A stretch of 64,000 nucleotides of DNA from a candidate division FCPU426 bacterium. GTDB lineage: Bacteria > Oederibacteriota > Muellerivitia > Muellerivitales > Muellerivitaceae. Every line of letters starts with the position of its first letter. Positions within the stretch are counted from its first letter, which is position 1. Position numbers and translations under genes: made by a program. Location of the stretch: the NCBI GenBank assembly GCA_963849245.1, contig CAWKIY010000029.1, positions 3,733-67,732 of the forward strand, given 5' to 3'. A model generated the notes under the pieces. It made no database searches, was not told the origin of the DNA, and worked only from the letters and a program-made list of their open reading frames with translations. Shown in pieces: positions 47,852 to 56,430 of this stretch.

Positions 47852-50656
47852 TTAGTTGGCTTGTTGTCCCATCATGAAGAGATAGTCGCGCAAAACTTCC
47901 CGCTGTTTCACGGAGTCGCCATGGAAATACTGCGGCACAGGCGAAACATCCTGCGGCTGGGGCCAAAAGCCCGGCATACGGGTCCCCGGCATTAAGTCGT
48001 CCGGATTCTTGAGCCATTCCACAATCCAATCCGGCTTCAAGCGTTCATGAACTTTGAGCAAGTCCGGCGCGGCAGAAGCCAGATCCGCAGGAGACTTACT
48101 CCCCACGATATGACATTTCGCGCATTGCAATTTACTGAAGAGCGCTTGAGCTTGGCTTAAATCGGCGCCATTAAGCTTCTCTACTTTGATATCCTTGAAA
48201 GGATAAACCTGGTTTTCTTTATAGTTGAAATAAGTAATCACGTTGCTGATTTCCTCATCCGTCCAATGGAAGCTCGGCATGCGGATATGCAGCCAAGGAC
48301 GGATCGGATGAACATTCAGCAGGAAGTTATGGAGCCACTCGATCTGAACCTTCGCGCCTTCTTTGTTTAAGTTCGGCGGAGCCAATGAAAGGTCAATGCC
48401 ATCTTTCTCGTACATCTCACGTATTTTACCGCCCTGACCCTCAATCAAATGGCAACCGCGACAGTTGTAGTTAGCGATAACCCGGCGGCCCTTCTCCAAG
48501 AGCGGACCATATCCATGCAATCCAGCCGTCATGTCATCAGGAATATAGGTTTTAGTTAAACCCAAAACCGCGGTCGCGATCGCTTCCCTGTCTTCTTCGC
48601 TCAAGTTAAAGTTCGGCATCTTCAGACGGTCTTGGAAAGCAACCATTTTATCTTTATCGAATTGGCGCGGGTTCTCCAGCTTGGCGTTGATAAAGGTTTC
48701 GTGAGAATGTTCCAAATCAGTCAATCCGAAATCCAATTGGCTGACCTGCTTGGTTCCCCAATCAGAAAGTTCCGTCCCGATACCTTGAGCCGTCTCGAAC
48801 CCTTGAATCATGTGACAGCCAAAACAGCCATACTTGGTCAAACTCTTCTGGCCTAAGAATTGATCGCGGGCCTTGTCGTCCATCTGGGCCAACTGCGTTT
48901 TAGCGCCATCAAGACCATATTGGGGTTTCAAATAGTCCTCAATCAAACCATCCCGAACCGCGGCATCAAATTCCGGCACAGAAGTTTGTTCGAAATCTTT
49001 GTTCTTTTTGGACATCAAATAAGCGGTGATATCCGAAGCTTCCTGATCAGACAAGCGCAAAGAAGGCATACGGGTATCCGGGTTAAAGTGGCGCGGATTC
49101 TTGATCCAAGTATAAACAAAAGCGCTTGAGAGCTTGCTTCCGGTCCCGGATAAATCCGGCGCGAAGTCCGCGTGATGCGACGTTACATCATCAATACCGT
49201 GGCAGGCCAAGCAGCCGGTCTCTTTAAAAAGTTTCTTTCCATTGGAAACACTACCAGCACCCGGCGCTTCATTTGGTGTGTAATCACCCGAATGTTCGTA
49301 GAGATATTCCACGATAGAATGCAATTCCGCTTTGGTCTTCGCCAAAGATTCGTCATCCGAGTTATTGGTTTGTTGGAAGAAGCTGGGCATACGGGCAGCG
49401 GCATTAAAGGATTTTGGGCTCCACACCCATTTCTCCACGAATTCTTTTTTCAACTTACCCTTAACGCGAACTAAGTCCGGACCAGCCTTAGTTAAGCCTT
49501 CCAAATTCTTGACCTTATGACAACCCACGCAGCCGCGAGTTACCATCAGTTCACGCCCACGGTTCAACTTCGGTGCGAAATTAACTTGCTCTTGCGTTCC
49601 GTGGCACTTTAAGCAGGAACCTTCGGTATATTTCAAAGGCAGCATCATGCTCTGCATGCCCTCCGGATGGCTCCAGCCATACTTCCTGGCCCACTTCTTA
49701 GCTTGATCTTCGTCATTCGCCATATGAGCGCAGGTGTTGAAGTCCAACGCCGCTCCCATACCGCCATGACAGATCGTGCAGCCCACTTTATCCATTGGAT
49801 GAGCGCTGTTGGAGCCGACATAAAGCTCCAGATGGGGATGAGTTTTAAAAGGCTCCGGAGCGTCTTCGTAACCCTTTTTATCGATACTCATATGACAAGT
49901 CATACAACGGTCAACCCGCATCGACTTGGCGAAATAAAGATCTTCCGGCAAATTCTTCAAAACTACCTGCTGAATTTGAATAGTGGGCGCCATAAAATCC
50001 AAGAGCATGGCGTTGCGGAAATAAAAGAGGAAATTAAAGGACATCTTTTGAATCTTGGTTTTGAGCAGATTATAATCCGTCAACATTTTGGTGATCTTGC
50101 TGTTGATTTCATCCCGTTTGGCGTAAATATCCGCCAAGTCTTTGGTGGTCTGATCTTTTTGCTGACCTAAATCGAAAAGCTGCTGCGTGAAAGCGCTGGC
50201 CTTGTCGATCTCATCGCTTAATTTCTTTTTGAAGTCCGCGGTATTTTTGCCTTCTTTATTCTCTTCGGAATATGTGTATTTGTCCGCGTCAACATTGGCT
50301 TTCACCATTTGATAATCGGATTTAATTTTAAAAATTTGGGCGTCTAGCTTGGCGGCTTTTGATTCCAAATCGCTGATTTGATCCTGGCGGGATTTCAAAT
50401 CTTGATTGGCTTCTTTTAAGTCAGCCTTTAATTGTTTGTACTGGGCGATATCCAAATCGGAGACAACTTCAGATTTTTTCTCAATCGCGCGAGAGCGCTC
50501 CATTTGCATAAACTGGCGTTGATAGCCTTTCCAAGGGCGGTGATAGTCTTTATAGGCCATCCAGATTACGCAAACCAAAAGGGCCAAACTGGACCAAAGA
50601 AATACTTTGGTCAACTTATTGCTATCGTAAGCTCGTTCGTCTTTGAAGTCCGCCAA
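47852..50656 (-). CDS. Membrane-anchored octaheme c-type cytochrome with N-terminal coiled-coil
   Basis: Eight CxxCH motifs: CMTCH, CTICH, CLKCH, CVGCH, CLACH, CFGCH, CRGCH, CAKCH. N-terminal TM LWSSLALLVCVIWMAY followed by ~200 aa of heptad-rich sequence. Confidence 0.85.
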   Translation of the reverse strand: MADFKDERAYDSNKLTKVFLWSSLALLVCVIWMAYKDYHRPWKGYQRQFMQMERSRAIEKKSEVVSDLDIAQYKQLKADLKEANQDLKSRQDQISDLESKAAKLDAQIFKIKSDYQMVKANVDADKYTYSEENKEGKNTADFKKKLSDEIDKASAFTQQLFDLGQQKDQTTKDLADIYAKRDEINSKITKMLTDYNLLKTKIQKMSFNFLFYFRNAMLLDFMAPTIQIQQVVLKNLPEDLYFAKSMRVDRCMTCHMSIDKKGYEDAPEPFKTHPHLELYVGSNSAHPMDKVGCTICHGGMGAALDFNTCAHMANDEDQAKKWARKYGWSHPEGMQSMMLPLKYTEGSCLKCHGTQEQVNFAPKLNRGRELMVTRGCVGCHKVKNLEGLTKAGPDLVRVKGKLKKEFVEKWVWSPKSFNAAARMPSFFQQTNNSDDESLAKTKAELHSIVEYLYEHSGDYTPNEAPGAGSVSNGKKLFKETGCLACHGIDDVTSHHADFAPDLSGTGSKLSSAFVYTWIKNPRHFNPDTRMPSLRLSDQEASDITAYLMSKKNKDFEQTSVPEFDAAVRDGLIEDYLKPQYGLDGAKTQLAQMDDKARDQFLGQKSLTKYGCFGCHMIQGFETAQGIGTELSDWGTKQVSQLDFGLTDLEHSHETFINAKLENPRQFDKDKMVAFQDRLKMPNFNLSEEDREAIATAVLGLTKTYIPDDMTAGLHGYGPLLEKGRRVIANYNCRGCHLIEGQGGKIREMYEKDGIDLSLAPPNLNKEGAKVQIEWLHNFLLNVHPIRPWLHIRMPSFHWTDEEISNVITYFNYKENQVYPFKDIKVEKLNGADLSQAQALFSKLQCAKCHIVGSKSPADLASAAPDLLKVHERLKPDWIVEWLKNPDDLMPGTRMPGFWPQPQDVSPVPQYFHGDSVKQREVLRDYLFMMGQQAN

Positions 50657-50671
50657 GGCTTTATCCTTACG

Positions 50672-51772
50672 TTAAATGTTAAAGAAGAATTCCGGTATCG
50701 CCACAATGTACTTTAAATTGAAAACCCAGCGCAAAACCATCTTGATGGGCAAAGCGGCCATCGTCAGCATCAAAAACATCAAAATGCCGTATCGAACCAC
50801 ACCCAGTTTTTCCAGCAGTTCCTGTAGCTGTGAAACTTTCTTGGTTAGAAGCGGCGGAAGGGCGATTAAATAAAGCCCCAGAATCAAGAATCCGGGCAAT
50901 TCACGTAATAGGAAGAATTTCGGAAGACCAGGGTAAAGCCCGAACCATCCCGGCACTTTCACCCAGAAAATCTCAGACAAGTTAATGTTATTCAACACCA
51001 CTACCTTATGCGGATCCCAGTTCTCAAAAGGCCCGAAAAAGTTCCAGCCCGGACCACGAAGAAAAGTTCCCAGGAAGATAAGCGTGACCCAAAGAATAAA
51101 AAAACCAAAAAGGAAAGGAATGAGCGCGAACTTTCTCTCGTTAAAGGTGTAATAACCGGAACCTTTAGGATTTTTATCGATGTAGGGAATCGCCATCAAT
51201 CCGACAATAATGATACTGGGGAAAACTACTCCGGCCAGCCAGGGATCGTAATAGACCAGCATTTCTTGCAGGCCCAAAAAGTACCAAGGTGCCTTCGAAG
51301 GATTCGGCGTCCAAGCGGGCGTCGCGGCTTCTTCCAACGGGGCGTGCAGGCACAAAGACCAAACGAGAAGCGCCACACCCCCAATAATCGTCGCGAGAAA
51401 TTCAACATAAACCAAATCCGGCCAAACATAGACTTTCTTGTCAGACGTTTCTTTTTCAACCGGAGGCTGGCCCTGAGCCAAACGCCGGTCATTTATCACG
51501 CCTTGGCGGAAAGAGAGCCAAGTGAAAAAACCAACCGAAAAGACCATCAAGAAAATCGGAACGTTGTCCGCTTTGGTTGAGATGTCGCGAAAGTGATCAT
51601 CAAACATGGAAAGAGCGAGAACCCCGAGGGCGCCCAAAAGAATTCTCAGAGCGAACTTCGGCTCAGTCCACTTATCCCGGTACTTGATCATCGCCCAAAA
51701 AGCGATAACAGAGAAAATGAAGTACGACCAAGGTTGGATAATAAAATCGATCGCGTCAGTTAAATAATGCAT
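50672..51772 (-). CDS. Cytochrome b C-terminal domain / b6f subunit IV-like protein (extended, 366 aa)
   Basis: ..APWYFLGLQEMLVYYDPWLAGVVFPSIIIVGLMAIPYID.. matches the PEWYFL motif region of cytochrome b / PetD. Additional TM helices. Confidence 0.75.
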   Translation of the reverse strand: MHYLTDAIDFIIQPWSYFIFSVIAFWAMIKYRDKWTEPKFALRILLGALGVLALSMFDDHFRDISTKADNVPIFLMVFSVGFFTWLSFRQGVINDRRLAQGQPPVEKETSDKKVYVWPDLVYVEFLATIIGGVALLVWSLCLHAPLEEAATPAWTPNPSKAPWYFLGLQEMLVYYDPWLAGVVFPSIIIVGLMAIPYIDKNPKGSGYYTFNERKFALIPFLFGFFILWVTLIFLGTFLRGPGWNFFGPFENWDPHKVVVLNNINLSEIFWVKVPGWFGLYPGLPKFFLLRELPGFLILGLYLIALPPLLTKKVSQLQELLEKLGVVRYGILMFLMLTMAALPIKMVLRWVFNLKYIVAIPEFFFNI

Positions 51773-51812
51773 GATCCCTCAAAACTTAACGTATTTTCCG
51801 CTCAATAACCGA

Positions 51813-52646
51813 TCAAAGCGGCCCTGAAATGCCCCCGTCTTTACGCACGCGCCAGAAATGGATCGCCATCAAAGTCGCGGCCACGATGGGAATAAACACA
51901 CAATGAAGCACGTAGAACCGAAGAAGCGTGGCTTCCGAAACGAAATGACCCGCCAACAAGAGCGAAATGGATGTCCGAACCGCCGTGCACCAAATGAACT
52001 CCGCCGATTTGAATCATCGAGGCACCAGGGCCTTCATATCCCATGAAAGGAGTTGCGCGGGCCATGTTGGTTCCGACCGTGATAGCCCACATGGCCAGCT
52101 GATCCCAAGGCAACAAGTAACCGGTGAAGGAAAGCATTAAGGTTAAAACCAAGAAGAAGTACACCGATCACCCAGTTAAATTCGCGGGGCGGTTTATAGG
52201 AACCGGTCATGAAAACACGGAACATATGAAGCCAAACCGCAATGACCATGGCATGGGCGCCCCAGCGGTGAATTTCACGCATAATTCCCAGCGGCACATG
52301 TTCCCGCAAAGCCACGATATCGTAATAAGCGTATTCCGCCGTCGGGCGGTAATAAAACATCAAAAGGATGCCGGTAACCGTGAGGTTTAAGGAACAAGAA
52401 GAAGGAAAGACCGCCCATGCACCAGGTGTAGCTCATCTTCACGCCCGAATGGCGGGCCTTGACCGGATGCAAATGAAGAAACACGTTGGAAAGAACCGCC
52501 ATAACGCGGTTACGGGGAGTATCCGGGTAACCGTGGCGGAAAATGGATTTCCAAACCTGGCCTTCCGCGATGGCTTTTTTAACCGCTTCGGGCGAAGGCT
52601 GTTGCGCTTGCCACTCAGCGATTGTTTTTTTCAGTTTGTCCAACAT
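51813..52646 (-). pseudogene. Cytochrome b6-like (N-terminal heme-binding half of a split cytochrome b), interrupted by three +1 frameshifts
   Basis: Homology to cytochrome b6 runs through four successive frames: ..[17 protein letters not shown] | [79 protein letters not shown] | [37 protein letters not shown].. | ..[64 protein letters not shown]. Frame changes at about 52386-52390, 52145-52151 and 52005-52017, each consistent with one extra base in a short homopolymer. The ORF track shows these as fragments 52275..52646, 52034..52363 and 51841..52164. Confidence 0.7.
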
Positions 52647-52681
52647 GCTTGAAGCCCCTTTCGCGTCGTTCGGCTATTCAA

Positions 52682-53464
52682 TTAACCTTTATATTCTAAG
52701 AAGGATCCCGGCAATCCCCATTGACCCAACTCTTGTTGGAATTTAATACTCTCATCGATCTGAATTTGACCGTCATCGGCCAAGGTAATTTGGAAGCGCT
52801 CCAAAGGCCGCGGAGCGGGCCCCTCAAAGTTAATGCCCGTTATATAGAATCCGCTACCGTGGCAGGGACATTTAAATTTTTGTTCCGCGGATAACCAGTT
52901 CGGAGTGCAGCCCAGATGGGTGCAAATAGTCGAAAGAGCGTAAAAGCCTTGGGTATCACGGACAATCCAAACCCGGTGTCCCTCTTTATAGCGCTCATCT
53001 ACTCCAATGGAATAAGTATCCGGTAACCCTGCGGCGAATTTTAGAGGCGGCTCAAAAGTAACGTTCGGGAAAGCGAAACGAAGCAGGGTACTCAGGGCGC
53101 CCATGGTCGCGGCCGTGAAAGCCACCCAAGCCCAGCCCAACAAGGAAAGAAAAGAACGACGACTCATTTCCGGATTTAAAGTAAGTCCCTCAACTCCGGC
53201 TACCTCAGAAGGCCCATGGGCTTTGTGTTCCGCTTTGGCTTCGGCGGATTCCTTAAAGGCTTGAACCAAAAAGAGAATGGTTAGAAAAAGAACGTAGACC
53301 GACAATAAAGCGAGCATCGTAAAACCTGTAGTGATAATGGCGGTGCTGAGGGAAACTGTAGCGGAAAGATCTCCGTTATCAGCCAATGAAATGCCGGTTA
53401 GAAGGAAACAAGCCGACAGGGCCAAAAGGGAAAAACGATATCGCCTTACCCAACGAGAGATCAT
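52682..53464 (-). CDS. Rieske [2Fe-2S] iron-sulfur protein with N-terminal membrane extension and internal Tat motif
   Basis: CTHLGCTPNWL and CPCHGSGF Rieske boxes. SRRSFLSLLG twin-arginine motif. N-terminal TM helices. Confidence 0.9.
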   Translation of the reverse strand: MISRWVRRYRFSLLALSACFLLTGISLADNGDLSATVSLSTAIITTGFTMLALLSVYVLFLTILFLVQAFKESAEAKAEHKAHGPSEVAGVEGLTLNPEMSRRSFLSLLGWAWVAFTAATMGALSTLLRFAFPNVTFEPPLKFAAGLPDTYSIGVDERYKEGHRVWIVRDTQGFYALSTICTHLGCTPNWLSAEQKFKCPCHGSGFYITGINFEGPAPRPLERFQITLADDGQIQIDESIKFQQELGQWGLPGSFLEYKG

Positions 53465-53514
53465 TCAAAACACTCCGGTAATAACGAGAAATTAGGGATG
53501 CTCACAAAAAAAAT

Positions 53515-53541
53515 TCCACCCTTAAGACGAAGCGTGGAATC
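53515..53541 (-). terminator. Rho-independent terminator after the dehydrogenase gene
   Basis: attccac ...13 nt... gtggaat stem followed on the minus strand by tttttttt. Confidence 0.7.
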
Positions 53542-53741
53542 GGGGTAAAGCTGAAAAACAAGCCGTATTTTAGACGAGGGTTTTTTCGAGGTCAAGGAAG
53601 ATTATGAGTCGAAAAAGACACTAAGCGATCAATATCTTGCTAAATATAACGCTCCTTGTATCTATACCTCTTATTTTTCTACATTCCGAATAAGCCATTT
53701 TCGTTGAAACTAAAATGCTTTCTCAATTTCCAAAACTCGTT

Positions 53742-54899
53742 TTAATTTTCAGCATAAGTTACCTTGAAAATTCTTCCCCCATGATCATCTGAGACGAACA
53801 ACTCACCTTGAGGCCCGGTGATCACATCCACGGGCCGGCCTATTCTCTCCGCCCCTTGTAGAAATCCGCTTAAAAAATTCAAAGGTTTTCCGGGTTTATT
53901 TTTAACATCCAAAGGAAGAAATACCACTTTATACCCCACAGGAATACTGCGATTCCAGCTGCCATGAAAACAGATAAAAAGACCTTGCCGGTACTTTTCG
54001 GGAAAAACGGTTCCATCATAAAATGTAATACCTAAAGGCGCTGAATGGGCCTGATATTCAAAAACAGGGAAAGCGTTTTGCCTCACACCTAATCGCCCTA
54101 GATCCGGGTCTGGAACCGCTTTACCTTTATCCGTGTATGAATTAGGCCATCCGTAATTTTGTCCTTGCCGCACCAGATCAATATCCTCAGGCGGCGTATC
54201 GTCTCCCAGCCAATCGCGTCCATTTACCGACGCCCATAAGTCTTGAGTTCCCGGCCGAAAGGCGATTCCTACAGCGTTTCTTAACCCCTTGGCGAAAATT
54301 TCAAACTGTGACCCATCTGGGTTACAACGGCAAATCGTGGCGCAACGCTCATCTTCTTCCACGCAATGGTCGCAGGAGCTTCCGATGGAAATATAAAGTT
54401 TGCCGTCCGGACCGAACAAAATCGTACGGGTAAAGTGTCCGCCACCAGTCGGTAAAGACGCGATCGTCTTTCCATCCTCCTCGAACAGACGGTGATCAGC
54501 GGGAATAAACCGGGAAACTCGATCGGTTTCCCCTACGTAAATGAAACCCTGGTTGAAAGCCAAGCTATGCGGCCGATGAAGCCCTTCGATAACAACTTTT
54601 ATCGTCGCAACAATGGAGCCTTGGTCTAGAAGCTCCAAAACACGCCCGCCCTTCATGTCACAGACATAAAGATGTCCGTCAGGCGCGAGCGCCATTCCCC
54701 TGGCGTTTCCTAGATTTGAAGCGTAAACCGAAACTTTAAACCCCGCTGGAACGGTAAGGCGGGAAGCCGCGTCCGCCCATGAGAAAGATGGAGTCAAAAT
54801 CATCATAAAAAACAAAAAGCCCATCGAGCTCACCCTATTCCGTTTTTCCAAGACACACCTCGTTAAATTGGATGAGCAAAAGCTTAACGTTTTCTTCAA
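53742..54899 (-). CDS. PQQ-dependent soluble sugar (glucose/sorbosone) dehydrogenase family beta-propeller protein
   Basis: Signal peptide. ..GHLYVCDMKGGRVLEL.., ..GLHRPHSLAF.., ..GGGHFTRTILFGPDGKLYISIGSSCDHC.., ..GLRNAVGIAF.. match SGDH/YliI-type motifs. Confidence 0.8.
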   Translation of the reverse strand: MKKTLSFCSSNLTRCVLEKRNRVSSMGFLFFMMILTPSFSWADAASRLTVPAGFKVSVYASNLGNARGMALAPDGHLYVCDMKGGRVLELLDQGSIVATIKVVIEGLHRPHSLAFNQGFIYVGETDRVSRFIPADHRLFEEDGKTIASLPTGGGHFTRTILFGPDGKLYISIGSSCDHCVEEDERCATICRCNPDGSQFEIFAKGLRNAVGIAFRPGTQDLWASVNGRDWLGDDTPPEDIDLVRQGQNYGWPNSYTDKGKAVPDPDLGRLGVRQNAFPVFEYQAHSAPLGITFYDGTVFPEKYRQGLFICFHGSWNRSIPVGYKVVFLPLDVKNKPGKPLNFLSGFLQGAERIGRPVDVITGPQGELFVSDDHGGRIFKVTYAEN

Positions 54900-54968
54900 G
54901 AATGAATCAACTAGGATGAAAGAGTTTTTTGAGGCGTTTGGAGGAGGACCTTTAAAATCTCGCCCTAA

Positions 54969-56267
54969 TTATCTGAGCACTAACAGTTTAACTATAAAAC
55001 GACCTTGATTTGTTTGGGCCACCACATAGTAAAGTCCATTGGCTAAAAGATTTCCCGCGCTGTCCATCGCCGAAAAAGTTAAATCCTTGCCTGGCGCCAC
55101 TTGATTAAAAGATAAATCCTGAACCTTTCGGTAAGAAACTGTAAAAATTTGAACCCGTATGTCGCTGGAACCCGTCCTCTGCGGTAAATACAAATTCACC
55201 GGCTGAGTTCCATTAGCGGGGTTCGGATAAACAACCGGCACAGTTGTCACAACCAACGGAGTATTAGTCAAAGTCGGCGTGGGTGGACAAGTGCTGCAAG
55301 GCGTGGGGGTTGGGGTCGGCGTTGACGTGGGTACAGGCGTCGGAGAAAAAGTCGGTGTCGGGGTATTGGGCTGATAGACCCGGACATAATCCACCAGCAT
55401 GGTTTGAGGAAAAGAAGTCGTCGCGTTCGGCGAGCCGGGATAGCTTCCACCCACAGCCAAGTTCAAGAGAAAGAAAAAGGGATGATTAAATTCCCAGGTT
55501 CCCCCTGACGATGTCGCGTTCGAAGCCGTATCCGTTTCATACAGGTTATTATCCACGTAAAACTGTACTTGGTCCTGCTGCCACAGAACGGAGAAAGTGT
55601 GATAGGAATTATAAAAATATTGTCCGGCGGGAAGGTCATAAAGAGCGGTGCCATTGTAACCCGGGGCGTGGAGAGAACCCTGGTTTTGGCCAGCCCATCC
55701 CCCGTCTCCAACGCTTTCCATAATGTCAATCTCGCCACAGGTAGGCCAGCCAACCGTATTGAAATTACTTCCCAGCATCCAATAAGCGGGCCAAAAGCCT
55801 TGACCTGTGGGAAGCTGAATCCGGGCTTCCATCCAGCCGTATTGAAAGGATTGAAGGCCCGAAGTATTCAACCGCGCGGAGGTATACCGTCCCACTGTGC
55901 TGTAGCTGGAACTTCCGGGAGTAGTATCAATCGCGATAATAGCTAAAGACGATCCATCCGTGGCCCCTGGATCTGAAACAATTTGGGAATTATTGGTGCT
56001 ATTGGTGTAATACTCGAGTTCGTTGTTTCCCCAACCGCTGTCGCCTATGTCATATCCCCAATTAGCGGAATTAGGAGCGCTGCCGATAGGGCCGTTAAAT
56101 TCATCACTCCATACCAGGCTGTAACCCGCTGGCGGAGTGGCCTGGGACAAATTAGCGCCTAAAAACAAGCAAATAAAAGCGGCCGATAATCCCGCTAAAC
56201 CCGTTCGTAATTTAAAAATTCGCACCCAATAATCTCCCCGGCCCGGGTCAAACAATACATTTCCCAA
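54969..56267 (-). CDS. Glycoside hydrolase family 16 (beta-glucanase/laminarinase-like) with Thr/Pro linker and type-IX-like C-terminal sorting domain
   Basis: GH16 catalytic block GEIDIMESVG (ExDxxE). ..WPAYWMLG.. C-terminal PVVYPNPANG...IFTVSYRKVQD...GLYYVVAQTNQGRFIVKLLVLR. Confidence 0.85.
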   Translation of the reverse strand: MGNVLFDPGRGDYWVRIFKLRTGLAGLSAAFICLFLGANLSQATPPAGYSLVWSDEFNGPIGSAPNSANWGYDIGDSGWGNNELEYYTNSTNNSQIVSDPGATDGSSLAIIAIDTTPGSSSYSTVGRYTSARLNTSGLQSFQYGWMEARIQLPTGQGFWPAYWMLGSNFNTVGWPTCGEIDIMESVGDGGWAGQNQGSLHAPGYNGTALYDLPAGQYFYNSYHTFSVLWQQDQVQFYVDNNLYETDTASNATSSGGTWEFNHPFFFLLNLAVGGSYPGSPNATTSFPQTMLVDYVRVYQPNTPTPTFSPTPVPTSTPTPTPTPCSTCPPTPTLTNTPLVVTTVPVVYPNPANGTQPVNLYLPQRTGSSDIRVQIFTVSYRKVQDLSFNQVAPGKDLTFSAMDSAGNLLANGLYYVVAQTNQGRFIVKLLVLR

Positions 56268-56430
56268 AACCGCGATTTCAAAACCTTTGGCATAAGGTTC
56301 TCTGTCGCAAAGTCTATCAATGGTTTTGAATTTTCGCCAAGGCTAACGGGATCAAGAATATCTTTTAAGCGGTTAAAACGCGCGAATCCGAATGGATTGA
56401 TCTAAAAATATTTTCATTTCAAGAAAAATT

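Noticed and set aside
51841-52646. Treating the three track ORFs 52275..52646, 52034..52363 and 51841..52164 as three separate small genes
   Set aside because: Their translations are consecutive segments of a single cytochrome b6 homolog in shifted frames, so they represent one interrupted gene.
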